This document shows, piece after piece, positions 1-12,512 of a DNA stretch of 64,000 nt. The position numbers were made by a program, and so were the translations under genes. This DNA comes from an uncultured delta proteobacterium (GTDB lineage: Bacteria; Desulfobacterota; Binatia; UBA9968). Numbering within the stretch: position 1 is the first letter of the stretch; each line of letters begins with the position of its first letter. Under the pieces are notes generated by a model that saw only the letters and a program-made list of their open reading frames with translations, was not told the origin of the DNA and did not search any database. The stretch is from positions 96,001 to 160,000 of the forward strand of contig CAWJZV010000002.1 of NCBI GenBank assembly GCA_963847445.1, given 5' to 3'.

Positions 1-2594
<2,594 letters not shown>

Positions 2595-2615
2595 GGCTCA
2601 CCTCCGCGCCGAAGT

Positions 2616-2644
2616 AAAAAAAAACCCAGACCTGGGCCTGGGTT
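2616..2644 (-). terminator. Intrinsic terminator in the guaB 5' leader
   Basis: Minus strand AACCCAGGC-CCAG-GTCTGGGTT running into a 9-T tract; the next upstream gene is divergent. Confidence 0.7.
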
Positions 2645-2682
2645 GTGGACGCACACCGATTGTTTCAAAGCAAACATGAAGT

Positions 2683-2711
2683 CTTATACCAAGAAATATT
2701 TTTCACGGCAA
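2683..2711 (-). promoter_or_regulatory. Sigma-70-type promoter for guaBA
   Basis: TTGCCG-N17-TATAAG with extended -10 TG on minus strand. Confidence 0.6.
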
Positions 2712-2764
2712 GAACAGCCAAGATTGAGCCACTGTCATCAATATGGTAGCTAAAGACACCGAAC

Positions 2765-2971
2765 ATGCCGCTTTACGAATACGAATGCACCAAGGGCCAT
2801 CGCTTCGAAGCGATCCAGAAGGTCTCCGACAAGCCGCTCAAGAAGTGCGACAAGTGCCGCGCCGGCGCCAAACGAGCGGTGTCGCAGACCACCTTGCTGC
2901 ACAATCACGGCGTCCATGTCTTCGACCGGGTCACCGGCGACGATGTCCTGCGCGGCCGCCCGTCATCCTGA
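2765..2971 (+). CDS. FmdB-family zinc-ribbon protein
   Basis: MPLYEYECTKGHRFE...CDKC pattern. Confidence 0.8.
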   Translation: MPLYEYECTKGHRFEAIQKVSDKPLKKCDKCRAGAKRAVSQTTLLHNHGVHVFDRVTGDDVLRGRPSS

Positions 2972-3068
2972 AGTCCTTCAAGAAAGACAAGTTCTAGCGC
3001 ACTCGCAAAAGCAGCGGCGCAGCTAACGTGGCCCAATCCGCCATTTTCCGTCTCGTATCAATTATCCG

Positions 3069-3185
3069 ATCAACCGAGCATTTCGCGATCGGGGTATGAA
3101 CTCCGCTCGCGACCAAATGGGATGTTCAACCCCCTTTGGAAACCCCAGCAATTTTGTGCCGCAGCAAGCTGCGGGGAAGATTAGA
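3069..3185. mobile_element. 117-bp palindromic MITE-like element, copy 1
   Basis: Near-identical to 17044..17161 and 24330..24446; starts ATCAACC, ends AGA followed by TTCAA. Confidence 0.85.
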
Positions 3186-3250
3186 TTCAAAAGAATCCGT
3201 TTGTGCTCGAGAGCCGCCTTTGTTAGCGTACGGGCGCTTCTCAACCGGTT

Positions 3251-4775
3251 ATGCTCGCCAAGGTCAACAGCGCCGCTCTTTATGGTATCGATGCACTCCG
3301 CGTCGAAGTCGAGATCGATCTCGCTTCCGGCTTGCCGCAACTGGCAACCGTCGGCTTGCCCGAAGGCGCGGTCAAAGAAAGCAAAGACCGCATCCGCGCC
3401 GCGGTGAAAAATTGCGGCTACACCTTTCCCGCCAAGCGCATCACCATCAACCTCGCGCCCGCCGACATCAAAAAAGAAGGCTCGGCCTACGACCTGCCGA
3501 TGGCCATCGGCATTCTCGCCGCCGAGGGCACTTTCGAGAAAACTCTCCTCGACGACTATTTTCTCATCGGCGAGCTTTCCCTCGACGGCTCGGTCAAACC
3601 GGTGCGCGGCGCGCTGTCGATCGCCATGGCCGCCAAGAAAGAAAAAGTCCGCGGCCTGATACTCGCCCGAGCAAAACGCCTCGGAAGCCGCTGTGGTAAG
3701 CGAAGTCGAAGTGCTGGGCGTGCGCGATCTGCCGCAGGTCGTGGAATTTTTGAACGGCACCCGAACCATCACCCCCACCAGCGCCAACCTCGACGATCTG
3801 TTCAGCCAGCACTCGCAATACAACGCCGACTTCAACGACGTCAAAGGCCAGCAGCATGTCAAACGCGCCCTCGAAGTGGCCGCCGCCGGCGGCCACAACG
3901 TCATCCTCGTCGGCCCGCCCGGCTCGGGCAAAACCATGCTGGCCAAACGGCTGCCGACCATTCTCCCCGATCTGACCTTGGCCGAAGCCCTGGAGACCAC
4001 CAAGATCCACAGCGTCATGGGCACGCTCGGCGGCCAAGCGATCATCGCCACCCGGCCGTTCCGCTCGCCGCACCACACGATCTCCGACGCCGGTCTCGTC
4101 GGCGGCGGCACGGTGCCGAAGCCGGGAGAAGTCTCGCTCGCGCACAACGGCGTCTTGTTCCTCGACGAGCTGCCGGAGTTTCGCCGCAATGTTCTTAGAA
4201 GTCATGCGCCAGCCTTTGGAAGACGGCAACATCACCGTCTCCCGCGCCATGGGCTCGATCAACTACCCGGCGAGCTTCATGCTGGTCGCCGCGATGAACC
4301 CCTGCGTCTGCGGATTTTTTACCGATCCCCAGAAGGAATGCACCTGCACGCCGCTGCAGATCCAACGCTACCGCTCGAAAGTCTCCGGCCCGCTCTTGGA
4401 CCGCATCGACATCCAAGTCGAAGTCCCCGGCCTGCGCTATCAAGAGCTCGCCAGCAAAGATGCCGGCGAACGTCGAACGTCATTCGCCAGCGCGTCAACG
4501 ACGCGCGCAAGATACAACTGCAACGCTTCGAGAAAACCAAGCTCCACGCCAACGCCCAGATGGGCGCCAAAGAGATCAAGCGCTACTGCGCGGTGAAAGA
4601 AGATGCCGAGAAGCTGCTGGAGACCGCGATCAACAAACTCGGCTTGAGCGCGCGCGCCTACAGTCGAGTCTTAAAAGTCGGACGAACCATTGCCGACCTC
4701 GCCGGCGCGGAAAGTATCGAATCGTCGCACATCGCCGAGGCGATTCAGTATCGGAGTTTGGATCGGAGCATGTAA
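3251..4775 (+). CDS. comM: YifB/ComM Mg-chelatase-like AAA+ ATPase, about three frameshifts (probable errors)
   Basis: ORF pieces 3251, 3693 and 4189 give [54 protein letters not shown]. Confidence 0.92.
4715..4775 (+). repeat. Left direct repeat (attL-like), the yifB/comM 3' end
   Basis: 60/61 nt identical to 10017..10077. Confidence 0.9.
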
Positions 4776-5224
4776 AGATCACCCTCGACACCTGTTTATC
4801 CTTGGCGCCGCACCCACTTTCAGTTCGCTCCTCGTCGGGAACGACTCTGCAACCAAAAAATCGCAACATGATCCGCGCGACCTTATACCCGGCCAGCCTG
4901 TGGTGATGTCGTCGAACCAATGGTGGATCGATCCGACGCGGACAAGTCGCGCCAAGAGATTGCATCAGGGGGAGGCCTAACCAAGTTGTTTTCCTTAGTG
5001 TAGACCGGCGTCTTCTCCGACCCTTCCGGCACGAACGGCTGAGACAGCGCCGCGCAGGGACAGACTTTGCGCAGCTCACGACTCTCCGGCTCTCGGAATT
5101 CGCGTGAGAGACAATCTGCCGAAAAGTGCTGAGGCTGCGCAGCGTTTAGTTTTGAGCATTTCAAAGCCGCGCAACCGTACTCGTATTATTGCCATTTTTG
5201 TGGTTACAGTTGCTTCAATCAATT

Positions 5225-6610
5225 CTAATTTCTCTTAGTTTGTTGTAATGCCTGTGTTATGTCTCGAATCGAGGAGAGTTTTTGGATTGCCTGTACAGAT
5301 TCGATGATTGTGCATTGTTGAACATCAGTGAGTAGTGTACCTACGGAATCTCTGAACTTCGTGACTGTTTGATCCCAGCCTTTCAAATCGCTGGGGACCA
5401 GAAGTGGTTCATCGAGTCGCGAGCCGTTTCTGAGTACCACGATTAGCGAAGGTGCATCGGCGATATGCCGACAACGATCGATTAACCCGACGATTGCCGG
5501 CTCTTGCAAACGTCGGTCGCTGAAGTCGTTAGGTCGGAGACGTCTATAAACAAGAGCGTTAGCAAGGCAAAACGGCATACTGAAGCGTCCTTCAAAACCT
5601 CGTTTAGGGTTCTGCCGAACCAGTGGGTATGGCTTCAAGTCAGCTTCGATTAGTTCAACATCGGCCGCACTCACGGCATGCTTCTCGACGAGTCTGAGCA
5701 TCGCCTCGACGGATGCATGGCTAGCGGTGCATGACGCGAACGGTTTAATTTTAATATCGCGCTCCAGTTCAAACTTGTCGCCAAGATGTTCTCCGAGGCC
5801 CATCAACACTTCTTCAGGAATAGGTCCGAGCGCTTCGAGAAGACCATATCGTCCTTCTAGAGCAGTCTCGTCTGACGTGAATCCTTCTGCTGCGAGAAGC
5901 GCGCAAGTAATTCCAGTCGCAGCGGCATGGCCGACACGAAACGGCTTGGCCATCGTTCCGCCGTCTCTGGTGAGTGCGCCGCACGATCCCGCGGCTAAGC
6001 CGATCGCTGCTGAAGTCTGGTCCACGTCCAGACCCAATACCTTACTTGCGGCACATGTCGAAGCTATCGGCCCCAAGATGCCATTCGAATGCCAACCTTT
6101 CGCGCCCGGACCAATGCCGCTCGAGCGCTTCGAGAATAGCCCGTCGAGCGCCGCGCGAACTTCTCGGCCGACAACAAAAGCCTCTAGTGCTTTAGCGCCG
6201 GATGAATCGAATTCCTCGGCCGCAGCGATCGAGACCGCCAGAGTATAAGTCGAGGCGTGATTTCTGTCATCATAGTCCAGGGCGTGCGCCAGCGTTCCGT
6301 TCAACAGTACGGCATCGCGCATATTCGAACGAAGCGGAGTACCCCAGATTGTACAAGAACCGGGTGCGGCATTCTTGCCGGCGAAACGCACTAGCTTCTC
6401 ACCGATCTCCTGCGACGCAGCTAGTACCGCCACCCCGAGACAATCGAGAATCGCTATCTTGGCATTATCCACTGCTTTTTGCGGGACTTTCTGCAAAGTC
6501 AGGCCAGCTGAGAACTTGGCCAACTTAGTGGACAAGCCGCTACGTAAGTCCATACTTTGTTGATCCATCTGTGAATTGCCCCTCGAACTCCAGTCGAATC
6601 CTTCGCTCAT
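5225..6610 (-). CDS. MmgE/PrpD-family protein
   Basis: NGTLAHALDYDD, GWH, K.F..GHAA..G, IKPFASC. Confidence 0.9.
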   Translation of the reverse strand: MSEGFDWSSRGNSQMDQQSMDLRSGLSTKLAKFSAGLTLQKVPQKAVDNAKIAILDCLGVAVLAASQEIGEKLVRFAGKNAAPGSCTIWGTPLRSNMRDAVLLNGTLAHALDYDDRNHASTYTLAVSIAAAEEFDSSGAKALEAFVVGREVRAALDGLFSKRSSGIGPGAKGWHSNGILGPIASTCAASKVLGLDVDQTSAAIGLAAGSCGALTRDGGTMAKPFRVGHAAATGITCALLAAEGFTSDETALEGRYGLLEALGPIPEEVLMGLGEHLGDKFELERDIKIKPFASCTASHASVEAMLRLVEKHAVSAADVELIEADLKPYPLVRQNPKRGFEGRFSMPFCLANALVYRRLRPNDFSDRRLQEPAIVGLIDRCRHIADAPSLIVVLRNGSRLDEPLLVPSDLKGWDQTVTKFRDSVGTLLTDVQQCTIIESVQAIQKLSSIRDITQALQQTKRN

Positions 6611-6623
6611 GAACAGCGCTGGA

Positions 6624-7700
6624 TCAGCTCATGCCTAGAAGTTTTCTTAAGCGCATCTTCGCCTCTTCCGGTACATCCAAGATTTGCTTGACCGTTTGTT
6701 GAACCTTATCGCCGGGCAGCGGCTCGTCGTCCGGGAACCCCGCTTTCTTGGAATCGGCGATATATTCGGCATCGTGAACGGTGTCCCAAAAAGCCTTGCG
6801 CAAAAGTTTGACGATATCATCGGGAAGTCCGGGAGGACCCAGCATCGGGTAAGCGTTCTCATAAGTGAAGCTGATAGTCTCAGCCACGCTGCGCCACGAT
6901 TTGTCCGGTGCAAGCTCGATCAACGTAGAGACATCGGGAAGGTCGCGGATCCGCTTCTCGGCGATCTGAACGATCACGGCCGCAAAAGGTTTGCTGCTGC
7001 CGAATTGTTTAAACCAGGTAGAATGTCTCGCTCTCGCAGAACTCCAGATAAGACCGCACCTCATATCGGCTTCGCCGCGTTCAATGGCGAGGTCGATGGC
7101 CGACCCGCCCGCATAGCCGGACACAACCTGCAGATTTAGGCCAGTGAACTGTTTCACGAGTAAGGCAACCACCGCACCGATGCTGGAGCCACCGGACTCC
7201 GCGTTGCGCAGCAGCGTGCCTGCGGAGCGCTTGATCGCTTCTTGGAGCGTACCGCCGCCTCGATCGATGCGCACGGCACAAACCGCGTCTCCCGTTGTTA
7301 GATTACCAATCCAATGAAACCGATCGGCTTTGTATTTAACGTTTGGATCTCCAATGGCCTCCTGGATCTCCGTTCCCCTAAGAATCTGTGCGATCGTCAG
7401 ACCGTCCGGTTTAACGAGATTATACAAATGGTTTCTCGCTCGAAGACCACCCGCACCGGGCATATTTTCAACGACCACAGTGGGGCTTCCCGGCAGATAT
7501 TTCGGCGCATGCCTAGCAAAAATGCGCGTCTTCAAGTCATTACCGGCGCCCGGTCCGGATCCAACGAGAATCTGCAGCGTTTTGCCTTTATAGAAACCTT
7601 CCTGCTGCGCCGAGGCTGAATGGCCAAAAATAAACACACCGACGACTGCTATCGCGAGGATGTATCCAGACAATCTCATAATAACTCCGGAGATTCGCAC
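6624..7700 (-). CDS. TctC/Bug-family tripartite tricarboxylate transporter substrate-binding protein
   Basis: Signal peptide, FYKGKT..I.VG..PG, VVENMPGAGG, KPDGLT, LAIERGE. Confidence 0.88.
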   Translation of the reverse strand: MRISGVIMRLSGYILAIAVVGVFIFGHSASAQQEGFYKGKTLQILVGSGPGAGNDLKTRIFARHAPKYLPGSPTVVVENMPGAGGLRARNHLYNLVKPDGLTIAQILRGTEIQEAIGDPNVKYKADRFHWIGNLTTGDAVCAVRIDRGGGTLQEAIKRSAGTLLRNAESGGSSIGAVVALLVKQFTGLNLQVVSGYAGGSAIDLAIERGEADMRCGLIWSSARARHSTWFKQFGSSKPFAAVIVQIAEKRIRDLPDVSTLIELAPDKSWRSVAETISFTYENAYPMLGPPGLPDDIVKLLRKAFWDTVHDAEYIADSKKAGFPDDEPLPGDKVQQTVKQILDVPEEAKMRLRKLLGMS

Positions 7701-8846
7701 TCATTCAACGCCGTAAAACTTTGCAGCGTTCTTCCAGGTTAAGTTTCGCCTTATCTCATCGGACACACCCTGGAACTGAGCCTTAATGATATCTTTGGAG
7801 TGCGGCCAAGTCGCGCCGCCGTGCGGGTAGTCGCTCGCCCACATCACGTTATCAACTAGATTGAGGGCTTGTGAACCGAGAACACCGACGCGATCGTCCT
7901 GAAATGTAATGAAAACCTGCCGTCTGATACACTCGGTCGGTAGCGCTTCGATGGTCGGTGATTCGGGCGCCTCTGAACGCGCTCGGGCGACGGACCCATC
8001 CATTTTGGCAAAAAATGGGTACAACCAGGACAATTCGTACTCGGCAAAAACGAACCGAAGCTTCGGAAATCGATTGAGTACGCCACCAAACACAAGGTCC
8101 GTGAGCAGGGCCAGAGGCTCCAGGATTGCGCGCCTGACTGCATTGCGGCCCTGCTGTAACTGAGTGATAACTTTCATACGAGCGGCCATTCGATCTCTGC
8201 CCTGCAATATATTCACGTGAAAATGGATGGGATAATCTAAATCTTGGGCGACTGCCCACAACCGATCGAATTCCGGATCAGCGTAACTCATGCCATCCGG
8301 AAGGCCTGACGGTAGCACGACACCCTTATGCCCGAGCTTCACGCAACGTTTCATTTCGTCAATCGACCATGCGAGATCGAGAGCAGACAAGAGACCAAGA
8401 CCGAGGAGCCGATCCGGCGCCGCCTCGCAGTAGTCGCATAACCAATCGTTGTACGATCTGAGCCCGGCTTGCTGGAGCGGAACCTCTTCGCCTTTCAAGC
8501 TATAAAAATTGCGCGCCATGCTCGGATAAAGAACCTCCATTTTGACTCCATCGAGATCCATATCGCTCAATCGCGCCAACGGATCCCAGGGCCCGCGCCA
8601 GTTCTCCCACTTAAAATTCTCAATTACTTTGCGAACCCCGCCGCCCTCTTTCTCAACTCCTGCCGTAAACGTCATACCCACGGGATCAGGCTCATGGCCG
8701 TCGAACACCATGTATAGACCTTTACGGCCGGGCGGATCTTGAACGAAATGAGGACCGTGAGCGCGCAACTGTTTAGGGATACGCTCCCATGCTGCGGGTG
8801 GTTCGTTAACGTGTGAATCAGCCGAGAAATTTGTCGCCTCGTCCAT
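7701..8846 (-). CDS. Amidohydrolase_2-family metallo-hydrolase/decarboxylase
   Basis: SADSHVNEP, DMDLDGV..EVLYPS, YNDWL, MWASDYPH; likely start ATG 8846. Confidence 0.88.
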   Translation of the reverse strand: MDEATNFSADSHVNEPPAAWERIPKQLRAHGPHFVQDPPGRKGLYMVFDGHEPDPVGMTFTAGVEKEGGGVRKVIENFKWENWRGPWDPLARLSDMDLDGVKMEVLYPSMARNFYSLKGEEVPLQQAGLRSYNDWLCDYCEAAPDRLLGLGLLSALDLAWSIDEMKRCVKLGHKGVVLPSGLPDGMSYADPEFDRLWAVAQDLDYPIHFHVNILQGRDRMAARMKVITQLQQGRNAVRRAILEPLALLTDLVFGGVLNRFPKLRFVFAEYELSWLYPFFAKMDGSVARARSEAPESPTIEALPTECIRRQVFITFQDDRVGVLGSQALNLVDNVMWASDYPHGGATWPHSKDIIKAQFQGVSDEIRRNLTWKNAAKFYGVE

Positions 8847-8913
8847 GATATGCCTCCTAGTATTCAGCTGCGATATTTTGCTGGACGCTAGATCAGAACC
8901 CTTATCAAGTATT

Positions 8914-8959
8914 TGCAAATATTCTTTCAAATCGGTATCAAAATGAAATAATTCTGTCA
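8914..8959. promoter_or_regulatory. Two candidate RpiR operators in the divergent promoter
   Basis: TGCAAATATTCTTTCA (8914-8929) and TGAAATAATTCTGTCA (8944-8959), 30 bp apart. Confidence 0.45.
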
Positions 8960-9009
8960 ATTGAGAAAACAGGGACGACCCAAACGACGAATCGAAAGAC
9001 ACTATTATC

Positions 9010-9867
9010 GTGGACCTAATCAACCGAGTTCAGCATCGCTATAACACGCTAAGTAAAATCCAACGGAAGATTGCCAACTATCTTGCGAGTGATGGAATTG
9101 CGGCATCGTTTGATTCCATCACGGAGCTGGCTCCGAAAATCGGCGTAAGTGAAGCGTCGTTGGTCAGGTTCGCCAAGCAGCTTGGATACAAAGGCTATCC
9201 GAGTTTTCGCAAGGAACTTCAAGCCGAATTCAGAAAAACAACCGGAAACGTCTCGCGCTTTCGCCACGCGGTCACGAGCGTTTCGGACGAACGCTTTCCG
9301 GAGTCGCTATTTCAAAGCGACATTGAACTGATCGAGGAGACGCGATCGAAGTTGACTGAAGCTGCGTTTACCGAAGCTGTTGACATGGTCGGCCGCGCGA
9401 ATAAAATTTTTATCATCGGGTTTCGCGCGGCTTTTTCACTCGCTTATTTTCTGTATTTTCGTTTTGTCCGGCTTCGAATGGACGTGCGGCTTATCACCGT
9501 AACCGGCGGTACATCTCTAGTTGAGCAGCTCGCGTTACTCGAAAAAGGCGATCTAGTCATTGCCCTCGGGTTTGACGAAATCCCACGGGAAACAAGGGTG
9601 ACCATCGATTTTGCGGTGAAGCATCGAATTCCGGTGCTAGGGGTTAGTCACATTCCGACATCGGAAATCGCGCGAACCTCGACGCTATGCCTAGTGGGTT
9701 GTCGCCGGCCCCACCGAACTCAGTCCCTCGCGCCTTCGATGTCACTGCTGAATGTTTTAGCTATAGCCGTCGCAGCGCGCAACAAGCCCAAGGCGGTTCG
9801 CGCGCTTCGCCGTTTGGACGCGATCGAGCAGCGTTACCTCAAAGCGAAACACGCGCGAGGCTTATAA
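9010..9867 (+). CDS. RpiR/MurR-family transcriptional regulator
   Basis: HTH (VSEASLVRFAKQLGYKGY) plus SIS domain. Confidence 0.92.
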   Translation: MDLINRVQHRYNTLSKIQRKIANYLASDGIAASFDSITELAPKIGVSEASLVRFAKQLGYKGYPSFRKELQAEFRKTTGNVSRFRHAVTSVSDERFPESLFQSDIELIEETRSKLTEAAFTEAVDMVGRANKIFIIGFRAAFSLAYFLYFRFVRLRMDVRLITVTGGTSLVEQLALLEKGDLVIALGFDEIPRETRVTIDFAVKHRIPVLGVSHIPTSEIARTSTLCLVGCRRPHRTQSLAPSMSLLNVLAIAVAARNKPKAVRALRRLDAIEQRYLKAKHARGL

Positions 9868-10016
9868 AGCGAAAAGGTTACTTTCTTTCCGGTCTGCGGG
9901 CGGTCATGCGGGTCGCAATGATCGCTCTGCGCGCCTGGCCCCGGGGGAAAAAACGGGGTGAGCGTCCCTGTTTGAATGAACATGCATCTCGACGACGGAT
10001 CTAGCGGGGCGGAGCA

Positions 10017-10077
10017 TATCGAATCGTCGCACATCGCCGAGGCGATCCAGTATCGGAGTTTGGATCGGAGCATGTAA
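10017..10077 (+). repeat. Right direct repeat (attR-like), duplicated yifB/comM 3' end
   Basis: Encodes [19 protein letters not shown]-stop; weaker homology extends about 20 nt upstream. Confidence 0.9.
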
Positions 10078-10773
10078 TCGGCCCTCGTGCGGTCCCCTGG
10101 CTCGCTAACTATCTGACGCGGAGTCGGCAGCGACCACAAATTTAAACACATCATCAATAGCATTCGCTTCTTTTCGAGTCGTGCGCCGTCAAGCGCAAAC
10201 GATCAGCGTTTACGACTCCGCCATCGCCACAGCGCGAGGCGTATTCCCACGCACAGTTTAATAACGGCTTGACACCCAGTGTTAGGGCCAGTCTAGCGCG
10301 GAACGATGCCGACGTAGCTGTCCGCGGTCGCGCTATCCTATTTTTTTTCGCGCTGATTCGCCGTAGGTATTCAAGCAGACTGAGAATTGAGTGGCCCTAC
10401 AGTTGCTGTAAGAACCTCTCGCGCATGGGACATAGGGGACCGTAGAAATTGTCCAGCCTGCAATTCCGCATTTGTGGCTTAGGAGGGATTAAGGTTTTCT
10501 TGATTGTCCTACGATTACTCACGAGGACAACTTCACGCTCGGATGAGAGGGCGCTGAAGCTGATACAGAGCACAAACCAGAATTGCCCTTTTGTATCGGC
10601 CACCATTGCGGTTCGGGTCATTATGAGGTCACCGACTCCCCAGTCCCTAGCAACGGGTAGGTGCTATTACATTTCGATATTAATAAATCGGTGAAGATCC
10701 CACTGTGCATATGACGGCTGGTAACTGAAGTCGCGTTTCAATCGGATAGAATCCAATCCAATGTTCGGCCCAT

Positions 10774-12345
10774 ATGTATAATCGTCACTTTGGTTTCCTG
10801 GAATCACCTTTTGGCATGGCCCCCGATCCGCGTTTCTTTTACGGCAATCCGGTCTACCTGGAAGCCTATGCCAACCTCCGCTACGGCATCGAGGCAAAAA
10901 AAGGCTTCATCGCCATCACCGGCGAAGTAGGAACAGGAAAAACCATGTTGTTGCGCAAATTAATGCGCAGCTTCGAGGACACGATCGATTTCGTTTTCAT
11001 CTTTAATACCAATCTGACGTTCAACGACCTGCTTCGCGCCATATTGCATGACCTGGGCTTAGATACGCAGGGAAAAGACAAATTGGCGATGTTTGATGCA
11101 CTCAACACCTATTTGGTCGAGCAGGGCAAGAAAGACCATATCGTTTGTGTGCTGATCGATGAAGTCCAGAACTTGAGCGATGAATCGCTCGAAGGATTGA
11201 GGCTCCTCTCTAATCTCGAGACCGATAATGAAAAGCTATTGCAAATCGTGATGATGGGCCAGCCCGAGTTCAAGGCAAAACTAAAGCAGTCTAACCTGCG
11301 CCAGCTTAAGCAGCGAATCGCACTTCAATTCGAGCTTGCTCCTCTTACGGACGAAGAGGTTGGTTCTTATATCAATTTTCGGCTCCAATCCGCCGGTTGT
11401 AAAAGAAAAGACCTGTTCCATCCCGACGCTGTTCAGAAGATCGTACTTTATTCCAAGGGCATCCCACGGCTGATCAATGTCATCTGTGACAATGCGCTGA
11501 TTACGGCCTTTGCAGCCTCCCAAAAAACAGTTTCAGCAACTATGATCCAAGAAGTGGCTGACGATCTCGACTTAGATTCGAAAACCCGGCCTGTCGAAAC
11601 CACCAACGTTTATATTGCACCACCATCCGACACGGAAGCAGCACATCTGATTCGTGAAGCGCCTAACCGTGGGGTTCAGCAAAATCTGAGTCGACCGATA
11701 AATGCTCTGGTCGGAACGTTTTTAGTCATTCTCGTCGTTGTCCTCATATCTGTCGTTACCGACCCGCAAAGCTTTTTTTCACTTACCCGGAAAGCTTTTG
11801 AATCGTCTAAAGATAACTCTATCAAACGGGTTCTGGCCGTTCACCAAGACGCCAGCCCGCAGATGACTAATGCGGAAGCCGATAATGCAGGTGGCCGGAA
11901 CCCATCAACTGAGTTCAAATGGAACCAGCCGGTGATCATTCAATACGGTTCCACCATTTATGAAATCGCGAATCATACCTATGGATCGAATGCGATTCTT
12001 GGTATGGACTTGATCAAAGATTTTAATCCTCAAATCAAAGACCTCAATTGGGTCTCCGCCGGCCACAAGCTCATACTGCCTGCTCTCACGCGGGAAACGT
12101 TGGTACGAAAGCATGGCGATGGTTCGTATCGTTTTATCGTAGCGTCATATATCAAGCGAACGGAAGCCGATGAATTGGCCAGTCGCATAGCCCAGGAAGG
12201 GTATCAAGTTATTATCACACGGAGAAAAGTTTCGAACGATCTGTTGCTCCATCGGCTTGAAATTGACGGTTTAAAAACCCTCGAAGAGGTTACAGAAAGC
12301 CTGAAAACCGGACTAAAGAAAAAATGGTTTACATTGTCTGGCTAG
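10774..12345 (+). CDS. ExeA/GspA-like AAA ATPase with a TM segment and periplasmic C-terminus
   Basis: MYNRHFGFLESPF..PDP, GEVGTGKT, LIDEVQNL, LRQLKQRI, GIPRLINVICDNAL. Confidence 0.88.
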   Translation: MYNRHFGFLESPFGMAPDPRFFYGNPVYLEAYANLRYGIEAKKGFIAITGEVGTGKTMLLRKLMRSFEDTIDFVFIFNTNLTFNDLLRAILHDLGLDTQGKDKLAMFDALNTYLVEQGKKDHIVCVLIDEVQNLSDESLEGLRLLSNLETDNEKLLQIVMMGQPEFKAKLKQSNLRQLKQRIALQFELAPLTDEEVGSYINFRLQSAGCKRKDLFHPDAVQKIVLYSKGIPRLINVICDNALITAFAASQKTVSATMIQEVADDLDLDSKTRPVETTNVYIAPPSDTEAAHLIREAPNRGVQQNLSRPINALVGTFLVILVVVLISVVTDPQSFFSLTRKAFESSKDNSIKRVLAVHQDASPQMTNAEADNAGGRNPSTEFKWNQPVIIQYGSTIYEIANHTYGSNAILGMDLIKDFNPQIKDLNWVSAGHKLILPALTRETLVRKHGDGSYRFIVASYIKRTEADELASRIAQEGYQVIITRRKVSNDLLLHRLEIDGLKTLEEVTESLKTGLKKKWFTLSG

Positions 12346-12512
12346 GCATCGAATACAGAGTGAGCCGTCGACGTAGCAGTGGTTGTAGACAAACGGTCGC
12401 TCATGGGACCTGTTCGTTTACCGCCGAGCGGAACAATCTTAAATTATCCAGCGCTTGATCGCTTGACCGATAAATGGGTTGCTAACAACACCGAAGCTTG
12501 TTCCACGTCGGT

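Larger units (their letters stand above)
4776..10077. mobile_element. Genomic islet in the 3' end of yifB/comM, no integrase seen
   Basis: Bounded by 61-bp direct repeats; visibly more AT-rich than upstream core genes; catabolic cargo. Confidence 0.7.

Noticed and set aside
4883-5195. Possible degraded FmdB-like gene (MAI-YEYGC after a 1-nt shift) or integrase remnant at the islet's left end
   Set aside because: Similarity limited to a few residues; no recombinase motifs
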